A stretch of DNA of 64,000 bases from an uncultured Candidatus Saccharibacteria bacterium (GCA_964626635.1 CAZVFY010000002.1:5300-69299), one strand, 5' to 3'; shown: positions 1 to 10,673, counted from the stretch's first letter. Notes: generated by a model from the sequence alone, not told the origin. Numbers and translations are program-made.

Positions 1-2
1 CC

Positions 3-1523
3 GTGCCGCCATCAGTTCCGGTTATCACCAATGCTGTTGCTGTAACGAGTAATCAGATCAGTCTGACGTGGGCCACTTCTACTGATAATAATGTGGTGGG
101 TGGCTACATCGTGTACCGCGATGGGAGTGCGCTCGCGACCACAAGTTTAGTGACGTACCTGGATGCAGCGGTAGCGGCCTCGACAACATATCTGTATAGC
201 GTACAAGCGTTCGACACGTCATTTAATTACTCAGCGACTTCTAGCCCAGCTAGCGTGACTACCCCTGACGTGCCAATCGTCCAGCCAGACCAAGAGACTA
301 CGACCACAGCGTTTACTCGCGTGTCGCTCGAGACGACCGGACTGTCGGCAGTAGTCGGTACGTCTTCAAGCGTATTCTCGTTTACCACCAATCGTCCCGC
401 TCGCGTAGAGCTGCGGTACGGTCTGACACCGTCACACGAGAGTGGCGCTATCACCGGGCAGTTTTATCGTCAAGAGCATCAAGTACCACTGCGCGGGCTG
501 CTCCCTGGCACTCGGTATCACTATGAAATGATCGGTTACAACAACGCCGGTCGGCAATTTGTATTGGACTCTGGCACGTTTACGACGACCGAGTTAACGG
601 CTGCGATCATCGCGAACGTGTCAGCTTTCCAGGCAGCTCGTGTGTCACCAACCACTGTGCGGCTGCAGTACGAATTGCCGGCGCAGCTTGACCCAGACGC
701 AATAGTTAGGGTGGTCCGTAACCAATACCAGTTCCCAACTAGTCCCACAGACGGTGAGGTAATTTATGAGGGATTATCTACCACCATTCTTGATGAGACG
801 ATTGGTGCGCAGGTTGGTCATTATACTATCTTTGTCATGGTGGGGAATCTGCACTCATCAGGTGCGATCGCATACGTCACCGGTGACAGTCCACCCGTAT
901 TTGACGTCATTCCGTTTGTGCCGCCATTGCAAAACCCGACTGACAGCCCGGACCAAGGACGTGATACTGCCACGGCTGCGCCGACTTCGACACCGGTATA
1001 CACCTTGCCGACCACACCGTCGGACAGTCCGCTGCCGGCGCCGATCGTCAAGACTATTCCAAATCAATGGTTGCAGATACACCAATCGGGTGAACAGTAC
1101 ACGTTTGCCAGTAGTTCGATCCGCCTTAATGCCAGCCGACCTTTCACCGTACTTGCTGATCCGGATGTGTTTGAAAGTGATTATGAAACCATTATTGCTT
1201 CGCTTGAAAACCCCGACGCAGAGGGTGAATGGTTTACCTTTATGCTTCGGGAGGACTTAGATCTACATATGTTTGCCGCTAAAATTGCGCCACTGAATAC
1301 AACCGGTACGTCATCACTAGTGCTAACGGTTTACAACTCTTTGAATGCTACCAAACGAGTCTCGGCCACAATGGTAGATTTCTACCTGCCAATAGCTTCA
1401 GTCACTGCGCAATATGAGTGGCGCTGGTGGTACCTGTATCTACTCATGCCACCACTTCTCATACTATTGCTATGGATCGTGTTTACTCGTCGTATAACTG
1501 AGGATAAGGAAACTACAAAGTAG
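3..1523 (+). CDS. cell-surface protein with fibronectin type III-like repeats and C-terminal membrane anchor (5' partial)
   Basis: ORF runs off the window start; Ser/Thr-rich FN3-like segment ISLTWATSTDNNVVGGYIVYRDG; C-terminal hydrophobic helix WWYLYLLMPPLLILLLWIVF followed by RR. Confidence 0.5.
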   Translation: MPPSVPVITNAVAVTSNQISLTWATSTDNNVVGGYIVYRDGSALATTSLVTYLDAAVAASTTYLYSVQAFDTSFNYSATSSPASVTTPDVPIVQPDQETTTTAFTRVSLETTGLSAVVGTSSSVFSFTTNRPARVELRYGLTPSHESGAITGQFYRQEHQVPLRGLLPGTRYHYEMIGYNNAGRQFVLDSGTFTTTELTAAIIANVSAFQAARVSPTTVRLQYELPAQLDPDAIVRVVRNQYQFPTSPTDGEVIYEGLSTTILDETIGAQVGHYTIFVMVGNLHSSGAIAYVTGDSPPVFDVIPFVPPLQNPTDSPDQGRDTATAAPTSTPVYTLPTTPSDSPLPAPIVKTIPNQWLQIHQSGEQYTFASSSIRLNASRPFTVLADPDVFESDYETIIASLENPDAEGEWFTFMLREDLDLHMFAAKIAPLNTTGTSSLVLTVYNSLNATKRVSATMVDFYLPIASVTAQYEWRWWYLYLLMPPLLILLLWIVFTRRITEDKETTK

Positions 1524-1571
1524 TGCGAGTATCGGTATACTGTATCCAGTAATCGGTAATTAGTAGCTTTT

Positions 1572-2591
1572 ATGAAACGAGTGGCAATCAATGGGTTTGG
1601 AAGAATTGGGCGGACGTTCATGCGAACAGCGTTTGGCCACAAAGATTTCGAAGTGGTCGCAATTAACGACTTGGGCAGCTTGGATAATTTGGCGTACTTA
1701 CTGAAGTACGATTCAGTGTATGGTCGCGCCCCGTTTAACGTTGAGGTAGCAGACAAGGTCCTCAAAATTAATAATAAAGAAATCAAGTTCTTGAGTGAGC
1801 GCGACCCGGCCAGTCTCCCGTGGGGTGCCCATGACATTGATATAGTGGTCGAAGCAACTGGTTTCTTTACCAAGTATAAAGATGCTAAAAGACATCTTGA
1901 TGGGGGTGCGAAGCGCGTTGTGATCTCGGCTCCTGCTAAGGGTGATCCAGCGGCAGCTGGTGTAACCGGTGAGACTATCCTCATGGGTGTAAATGACGAC
2001 AAACTAGCCACCTGCCAAATCACCTCGAACGCGTCCTGCACCACAAATGCGACTAGTCCACTCGTAGCTATTTTGAAAGAAGCTATTGGCATCGAAAAAG
2101 CAATTCTCAACACTGTGCATGCGTACACTTCTTCGCAGTCACTTGTCGATGGTCCGGCCAGCAAAGACGTGCGCAAAGGACGAGCAGCCGGACTGAACAT
2201 TATTCCGACTACCACCGGAGCTGCCGTTGCAACCACTACCGCCCACACCGAACTAGCTGGTAAATTTGACGGCATGGCAATGCGTGTCCCAGTGCCAGTA
2301 GGGTCAATCGTCGATGTAACATTTATCGCTAGCCGCAACACGACAGTCGAAGAAGTAAACGCCGCGCTCACCACCGCCGCCGGAGAAGACCGTTGGAAGA
2401 ACATCTTCGCGGCTACTGACGAACCGATTGTGTCCAGTGACATCATTGGCTCAAGGGTCGGCTCGATCGCAGACTTATCATTTACTCACGTAGTCGACGG
2501 TAATCTAGTGAAGGTGCTTGGGTGGTATGACAATGAAACCAGCTATACCCAAACCCTCGTAGAACACGTGGCAGCGGCAGCACGCGCGTAA
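1572..2591 (+). CDS. gap: glyceraldehyde-3-phosphate dehydrogenase
   Basis: N-terminal NAD-binding motif INGFGRIGR; catalytic SNASCTTN motif; 339 aa. Confidence 0.95.
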   Translation: MKRVAINGFGRIGRTFMRTAFGHKDFEVVAINDLGSLDNLAYLLKYDSVYGRAPFNVEVADKVLKINNKEIKFLSERDPASLPWGAHDIDIVVEATGFFTKYKDAKRHLDGGAKRVVISAPAKGDPAAAGVTGETILMGVNDDKLATCQITSNASCTTNATSPLVAILKEAIGIEKAILNTVHAYTSSQSLVDGPASKDVRKGRAAGLNIIPTTTGAAVATTTAHTELAGKFDGMAMRVPVPVGSIVDVTFIASRNTTVEEVNAALTTAAGEDRWKNIFAATDEPIVSSDIIGSRVGSIADLSFTHVVDGNLVKVLGWYDNETSYTQTLVEHVAAAARA

Positions 2592-2594
2592 ACT

Positions 2595-3056
2595 ATGACC
2601 ATCCATCTCGCCACCGATCACGGTGGATTAGCGCACAAGGATGCTGTGGCTAAATGGCTACAAACCGAAAGATACATAGTAGAGGATCATGGCGCCTATG
2701 TCTATGATGCGGCGGACGACTACCCAGACTATATCGTGCGCGCTGCACTTGCGGTCTCCAGAGAGCCGACCAGTCGGGCAATTATTTTTGGCGGATCGGG
2801 GCAGGGTGAGGCAATGTTATCCAATCGGTTTCCACACGTACGTGCTACCGTGCTGTACAGCAATACGACTGATATTGTGACGCTTAGTCGTGAACACAAT
2901 GACGCCAATGTATTGTCGGTCGGTGCCAGGTTCATCTCGGTTGATGATACCAAGCAGTGTATCTGGCAATGGCTCCACACTGATCCGCACGATGACCCTA
3001 AATACGCCCGTCGTAATCAAAAGCTGGATACGCTTACTCGTAATTTACACCTATGA
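2595..3056 (+). CDS. rpiB: ribose-5-phosphate isomerase B
   Basis: RpiB/LacAB-like N-terminus IHLATDHGG; 153 aa; start 3 nt after gap stop. Confidence 0.85.
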   Translation: MTIHLATDHGGLAHKDAVAKWLQTERYIVEDHGAYVYDAADDYPDYIVRAALAVSREPTSRAIIFGGSGQGEAMLSNRFPHVRATVLYSNTTDIVTLSREHNDANVLSVGARFISVDDTKQCIWQWLHTDPHDDPKYARRNQKLDTLTRNLHL

Positions 3057-3724
3057 TTGCTCCGGCGTGTATCCCCAAAAATTATGATGAGCTGGTAGAT
3101 ACGCTGAATCTTTTATCGTTTGCGCCGGAGATACACCTTGACGTGGTTGATGGTGAATTTGCCGCGCCAGCCTCGTGGCCGTACGCCGACGAACAGCTAC
3201 TAAATAATGAGACACGTACACCATTGTCCCTGCGAGCATACCTAGGGCGCGCCACCGTCGAAGTCGATCTGATGACCAGCCTGCCTCTGCCGGCGGCCCA
3301 TCATTGGGCAGCTGCCGGGGCCGACGCGCTCGTTTTTCATATTGAAACTATCAGCCCGAGTCAGCTCGCCGCGTTTGACGAGGATCACGCTAGTGTCAGT
3401 ATTGGGGTTGCGCTGCACGGCGATACACCGCTGGAGTCTCTATTAGAATATGCCACGCACGCTGACTACGTGCAGCTGATGGGAATCAAGACCATCGGCG
3501 CGCACGGCGCGCCGTTTGATGAGGGAGTGTTTGATCGGATTCGCTACGTACAGACGCACTTACCGCAACTGCCAATTTCGGTCGATGGCAGTGTCAATCA
3601 GTCATCAATCAAGGCGCTGGCGGACGCCGGCGTCCATCGTTTGGTGGTTGGCTCGGCGATTACATTACAGCCCAATCCACTCGACGCATACCGCTCGTTG
3701 CAAGCACTTATAAACGCCGCGTAG
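3053..3724 (+). CDS. rpe: ribulose-phosphate 3-epimerase-like TIM-barrel protein (divergent)
   Basis: IAP.....HLDVVDG, AAGADALVFH and VVGSAI segments align with Rpe; one metal-binding His replaced by Asp (DLMT); ATGA overlap with rpiB. Confidence 0.65.
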   Translation: MIAPACIPKNYDELVDTLNLLSFAPEIHLDVVDGEFAAPASWPYADEQLLNNETRTPLSLRAYLGRATVEVDLMTSLPLPAAHHWAAAGADALVFHIETISPSQLAAFDEDHASVSIGVALHGDTPLESLLEYATHADYVQLMGIKTIGAHGAPFDEGVFDRIRYVQTHLPQLPISVDGSVNQSSIKALADAGVHRLVVGSAITLQPNPLDAYRSLQALINAA

Positions 3725-3762
3725 TTTTATTTTGTAAACGCTGGCGGTATACTGTGTGGTAT

Positions 3763-4659
3763 ATGCAGTACCTTACGTCCGACGCTATTGTCGACCTCGA
3801 ACGCCAAGCGAATCTCATCCGCCAGAGCATTGTTGAAATGCTCGCGGCTGCCGGTAGCGGGCACACCGCCGGGCCGCTCGGGATGACCGATGTGTTTACG
3901 CTGTTGTATTTCGCACTCCTCAAACACGATCCGAACAATCCGGACTGGCCAGAACGCGATCGTTTGTTGCTCTCTAACGGACACATTTGTCCCGTTTTAT
4001 ACGCCACGCTCGCGCACGCTGGTTACTTTCCGGTCGAAGAATTATTGACACTGCGCCAGTTCGGATCACGCCTCCAGGGTCACCCCCACCGCACTGCCTT
4101 GCCGGGGGTCGAGACTACCTCTGGACCACTTGGGTCCGGCCTGTCCCAAGCAGTTGGCATGGCATTGGCTGAACGAATCGACAATCCCTACTCTAGTAAA
4201 ATGTTCTACTGTCTGACAGGAGATGGCGAGCTCCAAGAGGGGCAAATTTGGGAGGCGGCGATGCTGGCTGGTAAAGAGCAGCTACATAACCTAATTGTAA
4301 TCGTTGATCGCAATGGCATCCAGATCGACGGGTACACCAAACATGTCATGCCGATGGAGCCACTGGTCGAGAAATGGGAGTCATTCAACTGGGATGTGCA
4401 GGAGGTCGATGGTCACAGTATGCGCGCCCTTAATGACGCTATCGGCAAGGCCCAAGCGGTCTACAGTCAACCATCAGTGATCGTTGTGCACACGATTGCT
4501 GGTAAGGGGGTCGATGTATTTGAGCGAGATTTTCGCTGGCATGGCAATCCGCCCGGCAAGGGACCAGAGGACGTCATACCTAAGGGCGAGCAAGCTGCTG
4601 TAGCTCTTGAGAAACTCCGCACACTGGCTGGAATGATTGATAAAGATAATCACGCGTAA
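3763..4659 (+). CDS. transketolase, N-terminal (thiamine-diphosphate-binding) subunit
   Basis: GSGHTAGPLGMTDV and SNGHICPVLYA motifs of split transketolase; ATG 3763 preferred over the upstream GTG because a TATACT box at 3748-3753 precedes it. Confidence 0.85.
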   Translation: MQYLTSDAIVDLERQANLIRQSIVEMLAAAGSGHTAGPLGMTDVFTLLYFALLKHDPNNPDWPERDRLLLSNGHICPVLYATLAHAGYFPVEELLTLRQFGSRLQGHPHRTALPGVETTSGPLGSGLSQAVGMALAERIDNPYSSKMFYCLTGDGELQEGQIWEAAMLAGKEQLHNLIVIVDRNGIQIDGYTKHVMPMEPLVEKWESFNWDVQEVDGHSMRALNDAIGKAQAVYSQPSVIVVHTIAGKGVDVFERDFRWHGNPPGKGPEDVIPKGEQAAVALEKLRTLAGMIDKDNHA

Positions 4660-4661
4660 GT

Positions 4662-5648
4662 ATGTTCAGCGAATTTGTAAACGACATAGTAAAAAATGGT
4701 GGGGGCGTTGAGCGGGTACCAACGCGTAATGGCTTCGGTGAAGGTTTGCGCGAAGCCGGTAAGCGCGACGAGCGCGTTGTGGCACTGTGTTGTGACCTCA
4801 CCACATCGACTAAGACCCACCATTTTGCCGAAGCGTTCCCTAATCGGTTCGTGCAGGTCGGTGTGGCCGAACAAAACCTGGCATCAGTCGGTAGCGGGAT
4901 GGCTGCCATGGGCAAGATCCCGTTTATTTCTAGCTACGCCATGTTCAGTCCGGGCCGCAACTGGGAACAGATCCGCACCACGATCGCGTACAACAACGCA
5001 AACGTCAAGATTGTTGGCGCGCACGCCGGCGTGTCGGTTGGGCCTGATGGCGCGACCCATCAAGCGATCGAAGACATTGCGATCATGCGCGTCGTACCAA
5101 ATATAACAGTGATCGCACCCGCTGACGTCCATGAGGCGAGGCGAGTGACACTGGCGGCCGCTCAGCATGAGGGTCCAGTGTATTTTCGTCTCGGTCGCAG
5201 CGCAACCCCGGTAGTCACATCGGTAGACACACCGTTTGAAATTGGTATTGCCCAGAAGATGTTCAATCGCGATCAGTCACTCGAGAAAAAAGTCGGTATC
5301 GTCTCGACCGGATCACTTTTATATAACGCATTGATGGCAGCCCATGAACTGCAGATGAATGGTATCGGCGCCTCGGTGCTGCACATGGCCACCATCAAAC
5401 CACTGGATACTGAGGCGCTCGAAGCGTTCGCCGCCGAGCACGACGGTCTGGTGACCGTCGAAGAGCACCAGGTCGTCGGAGGACTAGGCAGCGCCGTCTG
5501 TGAACACCTGTCAGCCGTGCGCCCGACCCGGATCGAGCGGATTGGTGTCAATGACCAGTTTGGTCAATCAGGCGAACCTGACGAACTGATCGAGCATTAT
5601 GGTATGGGGGTCGGCAGTGTTGTCGCCGCGGGTAAGAAAGTAGTATAA
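4662..5648 (+). CDS. transketolase, C-terminal (pyrimidine-binding) subunit
   Basis: Immediately follows the N-terminal subunit gene; transketolase C-terminal / pyruvate dehydrogenase E1-beta-like domain. Confidence 0.85.
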   Translation: MFSEFVNDIVKNGGGVERVPTRNGFGEGLREAGKRDERVVALCCDLTTSTKTHHFAEAFPNRFVQVGVAEQNLASVGSGMAAMGKIPFISSYAMFSPGRNWEQIRTTIAYNNANVKIVGAHAGVSVGPDGATHQAIEDIAIMRVVPNITVIAPADVHEARRVTLAAAQHEGPVYFRLGRSATPVVTSVDTPFEIGIAQKMFNRDQSLEKKVGIVSTGSLLYNALMAAHELQMNGIGASVLHMATIKPLDTEALEAFAAEHDGLVTVEEHQVVGGLGSAVCEHLSAVRPTRIERIGVNDQFGQSGEPDELIEHYGMGVGSVVAAGKKVV

Positions 5649-5868
5649 AAAAAGAGCACTCCAAGGAATGCTCTGACCTAGCAAGCGCTGTATCTCAACA
5701 GGCCTTATTATTGTCCCATTACATCGGGCTGTCGTGATACGTGAATCGACCGATACGGTTCCAAGGCATTGCTAGCGTGACTTGGAACTAATTACAGAAG
5801 ATTATTTATAAAAATAATAAAAAAACTAACTTTTACAAGCTAGCTTTCTTACTACAATTAGTTTTTCT

Positions 5869-6870
5869 TTATACCTTGCTTGGCAGGTAGTCCTCTGGAC
5901 GTTCGTCTAAGTGTTTTTGGAGTTGCTCCATCGGTAGCAACCCCTCCTGCGCGCCGATGTGTTGGACAACGTTCATACTGTTGATCGGCCCCCAAGACAA
6001 TGCCTCGGCCGGATCTTTGCCCAATATGATAGCGGCAGTAAAGGTGGAAGAGAACGCGTCACCAGCGCCGGTGCGGTCAACTGGTGGTGCTGGATCAGGG
6101 TACATTGGCATACGCCACGCCTGATCATCTGCATCTACCGTAAAGGCACCATTCGGGCCGTCAGTCACGACTGGGATGGTCGGACCGAGTTCGCGCACCA
6201 TGCGGACGAGAGTCGGAATGTCTTGCTCGGTCGTTTTGAGGATTTCTTGAGCCTCTTCTTTGTTACAGAAAAAGATTTCTGATTGTTCGTAAATATCCCG
6301 AATCGCATCGACACCGACACTAATTTGGAAAGTACCAGGCTGAAAGGCTAATTTGGTCTCGTTATTTTTAACGTATTCAGCAATTTCGTGGTGGTAGGGG
6401 ATACCGTGCTCGCCAACGCTCGAGAAGTAGAAGAACTTTGGTGCGACAGGGAAGTCAGGTAGCGAGTAAGGGTAGGTTTCGTGATTGATCAAGATGGTGC
6501 GCTCTGGACCGTACCGCAATACGTAATGGTAGTTCGTTTTTTTGTCTTCGTGAATTTTGACAAAGTCAGTGTGCACTCCGCGATCACGCAGCGCCTGTAA
6601 ACATTCCTTGCCAAATTTATCATTTCCGATGTGAGTCACCAATCCAGTTTCAAGCCCCAGCCTAGTCGCACTAGTTGCAGCATTAGGTGAGTTGCCGACA
6701 GCTGGCACTACTACTACGTCGTTGTACGGCAGCTTGCTGCCAAAGGGCATGGTGAGCGTCTTGCGACCCGTGTCTTGGTCGATCAGCACATCGGCCTGGT
6801 CTATATTAAGTTCAATAAAAGCATCTATCAGAATGTCGCCAATGGCGACGAAATCATATTGTTGTGACAT
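5869..6870 (-). CDS. PfkB-family carbohydrate kinase (ribokinase-like)
   Basis: DRTGAGDAF motif and N-terminal FVAIGD; true start ATG at 6870 (MSQQYDFVAIGD) inside the longer track ORF; TACACT box 7 nt upstream. Confidence 0.8.
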   Translation of the reverse strand: MSQQYDFVAIGDILIDAFIELNIDQADVLIDQDTGRKTLTMPFGSKLPYNDVVVVPAVGNSPNAATSATRLGLETGLVTHIGNDKFGKECLQALRDRGVHTDFVKIHEDKKTNYHYVLRYGPERTILINHETYPYSLPDFPVAPKFFYFSSVGEHGIPYHHEIAEYVKNNETKLAFQPGTFQISVGVDAIRDIYEQSEIFFCNKEEAQEILKTTEQDIPTLVRMVRELGPTIPVVTDGPNGAFTVDADDQAWRMPMYPDPAPPVDRTGAGDAFSSTFTAAIILGKDPAEALSWGPINSMNVVQHIGAQEGLLPMEQLQKHLDERPEDYLPSKV

Positions 6871-6925
6871 ACACCATAGTGTAGCACTACTAATTTTGTA
6901 GAAATGTGATAGTCTACACGCTACT

Positions 6926-7558
6926 ATGATTATGAATTTAACTGTCGCAGCTCGAGACGCTGCCACCAAACGGTCTGCGCTACCTGATGGACACATTCCA
7001 GCAGTAGTGTACGGTCCAAAGCAAGACCCAATTACCATTAGCGTCGACGAATTTACCGTTGATCGAGTTCGCCGTGAAGCGGGTGAGTCTACTATTATCA
7101 AACTAGAAGGAATTGCCGGCGAGGACGAACTAGAAGTGCTCGTTAAGCACATTGATTTTGACCCGACCAAGCAAGGCATCGTGCACATTGATTTCTATGC
7201 GATTGAACGCGGTAAAGACATGACAGTGAACGTACCGCTTGATTTTGTAGGCGAAGCGCCAGTTGAAGCAAACCGCCTTGGCACCGTCACGAAGGTAATC
7301 CAAGACATTGAGGTAACCTGTCGCCCGAGTAATCTGCCATCTGAAATCACCGTGGATATCTCTGGTATCACTGGTGTCGATGACAAAATTTCCGTGGCCG
7401 ACTTGCCACAGCTTGATGGTGTGGTATACCAGGTGAACGCCGAAGAGCCAGTTGTGGTGGTACAGGCTGCCCGCGAAGAAACCGACGAGTCTGACGATCC
7501 TGAACCAGTCGACATGAGCGCAGTCGAGTCAGGCGAGAAAGAAAAAGACGCCGAGTAG
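6926..7558 (+). CDS. rplY: 50S ribosomal protein L25 / general stress protein Ctc
   Basis: L25/Ctc beta-barrel with acidic C-terminal tail; 210 aa. Confidence 0.8.
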   Translation: MIMNLTVAARDAATKRSALPDGHIPAVVYGPKQDPITISVDEFTVDRVRREAGESTIIKLEGIAGEDELEVLVKHIDFDPTKQGIVHIDFYAIERGKDMTVNVPLDFVGEAPVEANRLGTVTKVIQDIEVTCRPSNLPSEITVDISGITGVDDKISVADLPQLDGVVYQVNAEEPVVVVQAAREETDESDDPEPVDMSAVESGEKEKDAE

Positions 7559-7577
7559 TACACGACTGTGTACGCAG

Positions 7578-7620
7578 AAACCAGCGCCGCTTCGGACCTT
7601 GTCCGAAGCGGCGCTGGTTT
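7578..7620 (+). terminator. perfect ~20 bp stem hairpin after rplY, abutting the -10 box of the next gene
   Basis: AAACCAGCGCCGCTTCGGAC / GTCCGAAGCGGCGCTGGTTT inverted repeat; weak T tract; followed directly by GGTATACT. Confidence 0.5.
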
Positions 7621-7636
7621 GGTATACTATTTGCAT

Positions 7637-8992
7637 ATGCACCGCATTGCACTTATCTTTATTCTTTCGTTTGTACTGACGCCGTTTGTAAGTTGGGCTG
7701 AGTCTGACGCGGACCGCCGGGCCCGCCTTGAGGCGCAGCTGGCGGACGTTGAACGTCAGATTCTTACGCAGCAGGTGCTCGTGGAGGACAAACGCCAAGA
7801 GCGCCAAACTCTCGAACGTGATGTCGCGCTGATCGAGTCCGAAGTGCGTCAGGCCCAATTGGGTATCCAGGCTCGCAACGCAGCCATCGCACAACTGTCT
7901 GACCAGATCGGCGAGAAAGAAGTCGTACTCGATATCCTCTCTGACCGCAAGAGCAAGCAGCATGATTCGCTGGCCGACCTCGTGCGTAAAACTGTTGTGG
8001 CCGAGGACTACACTATGGTTGAGTTGATGCTCAGCAAGCAAAACTTCTCAGAATTTTTTAGTGACGTGGCTACCTTTGACACACTCAAAGAATCCCTAAA
8101 CAAATCACTCGTCGCGCTACAAGAAATTGAAGACGACACCAACAACCAACGCGAAGAGCTCACGCAAAAACAAATGGACGAGGCTGAAATGCGCCGTATC
8201 CAAGAACTCGAAAAAGAACGCATCGAAGCCCGCGAACGCGAAAAAGAACAGATTCTCACGGTCACTAAAGGCGAAGAGCAAGAGTACCAGGCACTCCTAG
8301 AAACCCAACAAAAAACTGCCGCCCAGCTGCGTAACCAGCTCTTCCAACTCCTCGGTGGCGGTGGCGGCATCCCATTCCCTGAGGCGGTCCGCTTGGCCCA
8401 GTACGCCGAGCGAGTGACTGGCGTTCAGGCCGAAATGATCCTAGCGATCCTCGAACAAGAAACCAACCTCGGCTCGAACCTTGGTAGCTGTCGCTTCACT
8501 GACAGCACCAGCGATCGGCCGGTCATGCACCCAACCCGTGACGAGCCAGTATTTATCGCGATCGCAGAAATCCTTGGCTTTAATGCGTACACGCAGCAGG
8601 TGTCGTGCCCGTTAGTGCGCGGCGGACAGCGGATCGGGTGGGGTGGTGCGATGGGGCCATCACAGTTCATTCCGAGCACTTGGGCCTCCTACGGTGGGAT
8701 TGTCAGCGACGGCGCCGGCGGATTTGTGTACGATCGCAGTCGGGACGCCATCCGGGCTATTAATGGCGGTGACATTGCTAACCCATTCAATAACCAAGAT
8801 GCGTTCATCGCGACCGCGCTATTGATGCGCGATAACGGCGCCAACGGTACGTACAGTGGTGATCGGACGGCGGCGTTGCGATACTACGCTGGCTGGGGTG
8901 GCGCAAATAATCCTGCCAATGCGTTCTACGGTGATCAAGTCATGAACAGGAAAGCCCGCCTCGCAAACGAAATTCAGATTATCGCGCAGTAA
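7637..8992 (+). CDS. secreted coiled-coil protein with C-terminal MltB-like lytic transglycosylase domain
   Basis: Signal peptide MHRIALIFILSFVLTPFVSWA; long E/Q/R-rich coiled coil; C-terminal AILEQETNLGSNLG and GAMGPSQFIPSTW motifs typical of family-3 lytic transglycosylases. Confidence 0.6.
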   Translation: MHRIALIFILSFVLTPFVSWAESDADRRARLEAQLADVERQILTQQVLVEDKRQERQTLERDVALIESEVRQAQLGIQARNAAIAQLSDQIGEKEVVLDILSDRKSKQHDSLADLVRKTVVAEDYTMVELMLSKQNFSEFFSDVATFDTLKESLNKSLVALQEIEDDTNNQREELTQKQMDEAEMRRIQELEKERIEAREREKEQILTVTKGEEQEYQALLETQQKTAAQLRNQLFQLLGGGGGIPFPEAVRLAQYAERVTGVQAEMILAILEQETNLGSNLGSCRFTDSTSDRPVMHPTRDEPVFIAIAEILGFNAYTQQVSCPLVRGGQRIGWGGAMGPSQFIPSTWASYGGIVSDGAGGFVYDRSRDAIRAINGGDIANPFNNQDAFIATALLMRDNGANGTYSGDRTAALRYYAGWGGANNPANAFYGDQVMNRKARLANEIQIIAQ

Positions 8993-9107
8993 CATAGAAA
9001 TAATAGAGCCCGTTGCGAAACTGTATAACTCTGCTATAGTGCCTGCACACTGATTAGGTGACCGCGTTTATCCTATCCCATTTGCGGTTGCCGAAGTATG
9101 TATTGAT

Positions 9108-9368
9108 ATGAAAAAAGATATTCACCCAGACAACTACCGACCAGTCATTTTCCAAGATACTGGAAACAACGACCGGGTCTTGATCGGATCAACTGTCAGC
9201 ACAGACAAGACAGACAAGTGGACTGACGGTAATGAATACCCGCTTGTAACGGTGGACGTTTCTTCAACGTCGCATCCGTTCTACACTGGCCAAGAGAAAG
9301 TTATGGACACCGCCGGTCGCGTTGATCGCTTCAAGCAGCGTATGTCTAAAGTGGGCAAGAAGAAGTAA
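9108..9368 (+). CDS. rpmE: 50S ribosomal protein L31
   Basis: [16 protein letters not shown]-terminus; 86 aa. Confidence 0.9.
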   Translation: MKKDIHPDNYRPVIFQDTGNNDRVLIGSTVSTDKTDKWTDGNEYPLVTVDVSSTSHPFYTGQEKVMDTAGRVDRFKQRMSKVGKKK

Positions 9369-9413
9369 GTCGAACAGAAACCTCGACAATGTGCTTTGTA
9401 CAGACCTTGCGGA

Positions 9414-9435
9414 AAAATGCATGCCTATGCATTTT
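9414..9435. terminator. palindromic hairpin AAAATGCAT-GCCT-ATGCATTTT after rpmE
   Basis: 9 bp stem flanked by an A-tract and a T-tract. Confidence 0.45.
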
Positions 9436-9497
9436 GAGCAGAGAACTCGATTCGTGTCTGGGCAAAGTACGTTGCGAGGTTTCTGTATAATACAATT

Positions 9498-10469
9498 ATG
9501 GAATATTCCCAAGAGCGACTCGAAGAATTCAAAACACACGATAAGACGGGTTGGTTGGCGTCGCAATTTGAGAGTGAGTACGTGAAATTAGATGAGGCGC
9601 AAGCATTGGCAGATACCGACCCCGAGATGGCGGAACTTGCGCGTGAAGAAATCGCCCAGCTGCATGAACAACTGCAAAACCAGTGGGGTGAGATGGAGCG
9701 TATCGTCGAGGCGAGCCGGGAGGAAGATGAAAAGCCGTACGGCGTGATGCTAGAGGTACGAGCGGGTGCCGGCGGAGACGAGGCGTCTTTGTTTGCGGGC
9801 GAATTGGCGCAAATGTACCAATCGTACGCCGCAAGCAATGGCTGGCAAGTCAGTATCAACAACACCAGTATGAGTGAAGCCGGCGGGTACAAGGAAGCTT
9901 CGTTCGAGATTTTACACAAGGACGCGTACGATCACCTGTGCTACGAAACCGGCGTGCACCGCGTGCAGCGTGTTCCAGCGACCGAAAAGCAAGGTCGGAT
10001 CCACACTTCAACCGCCTCGGTCGCCGTGCTGCCAATGCGCAAAAAGCCAAAGGTCGACATTAACCCGAGCGATATTGATATGGAATTCTCGCGCGCTGGT
10101 GGCGCTGGTGGACAGAACGTCAATAAGGTGGAAACGGCCGTGCGCCTGGTGCATCGCCCGACCGGTATTGATGTCCGTTGCGAGTCTGACCGTAGTCAGC
10201 TAAAGAACCGCGAAAAGGCCATGTCAATGTTGATCGCGAAACTCGAGTCGCTTCACGAAGAAGAAGAAGCGCGCAAACACGCTGAAACCCGCGCCAACCA
10301 AATTGGTACCGGTGACCGCAGCGAAAAAATCCGCACGTACAACTTTCCGCAAAACCGTATTACCGACCACCGCATCAAACAATCTTGGCACACAATTGAA
10401 GCGACGCTCGGTGGTCAGCTGGGACCGATTGTCGAAGCGCTCCAAGCGGCGCAAGCAGAACTTGGTTAG
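9498..10469 (+). CDS. prfA: peptide chain release factor 1
   Basis: GGQ motif ([10 protein letters not shown]) and RF1-type PAT tripeptide; TATAAT box 6 nt upstream of the ATG. Confidence 0.9.
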   Translation: MEYSQERLEEFKTHDKTGWLASQFESEYVKLDEAQALADTDPEMAELAREEIAQLHEQLQNQWGEMERIVEASREEDEKPYGVMLEVRAGAGGDEASLFAGELAQMYQSYAASNGWQVSINNTSMSEAGGYKEASFEILHKDAYDHLCYETGVHRVQRVPATEKQGRIHTSTASVAVLPMRKKPKVDINPSDIDMEFSRAGGAGGQNVNKVETAVRLVHRPTGIDVRCESDRSQLKNREKAMSMLIAKLESLHEEEEARKHAETRANQIGTGDRSEKIRTYNFPQNRITDHRIKQSWHTIEATLGGQLGPIVEALQAAQAELG

Positions 10470-10673
10470 CGGCGATGTCTTGAAACACATGTGCAAACGT
10501 GGTACGTTACTGCCACCTGTGCCACGTTTGCATACAAATATGTAAACAGGCACACTCCCAGCCCGACTGCTGTCATGGCTCGTGCGTAGCGCATCTACAG
10601 TTGCGTTGCACCTCGATGTATCCATGTAGCATGATTATTTATTAAATCGGCAGCTTGGGAACAATTATATATT

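Noticed and set aside
1382-2446. 354 aa minus-strand ORF overlapping gap
   Set aside because: Antisense to a well-supported GAPDH gene; low-complexity Ser/Ala/Thr-rich translation typical of a spurious antisense ORF.
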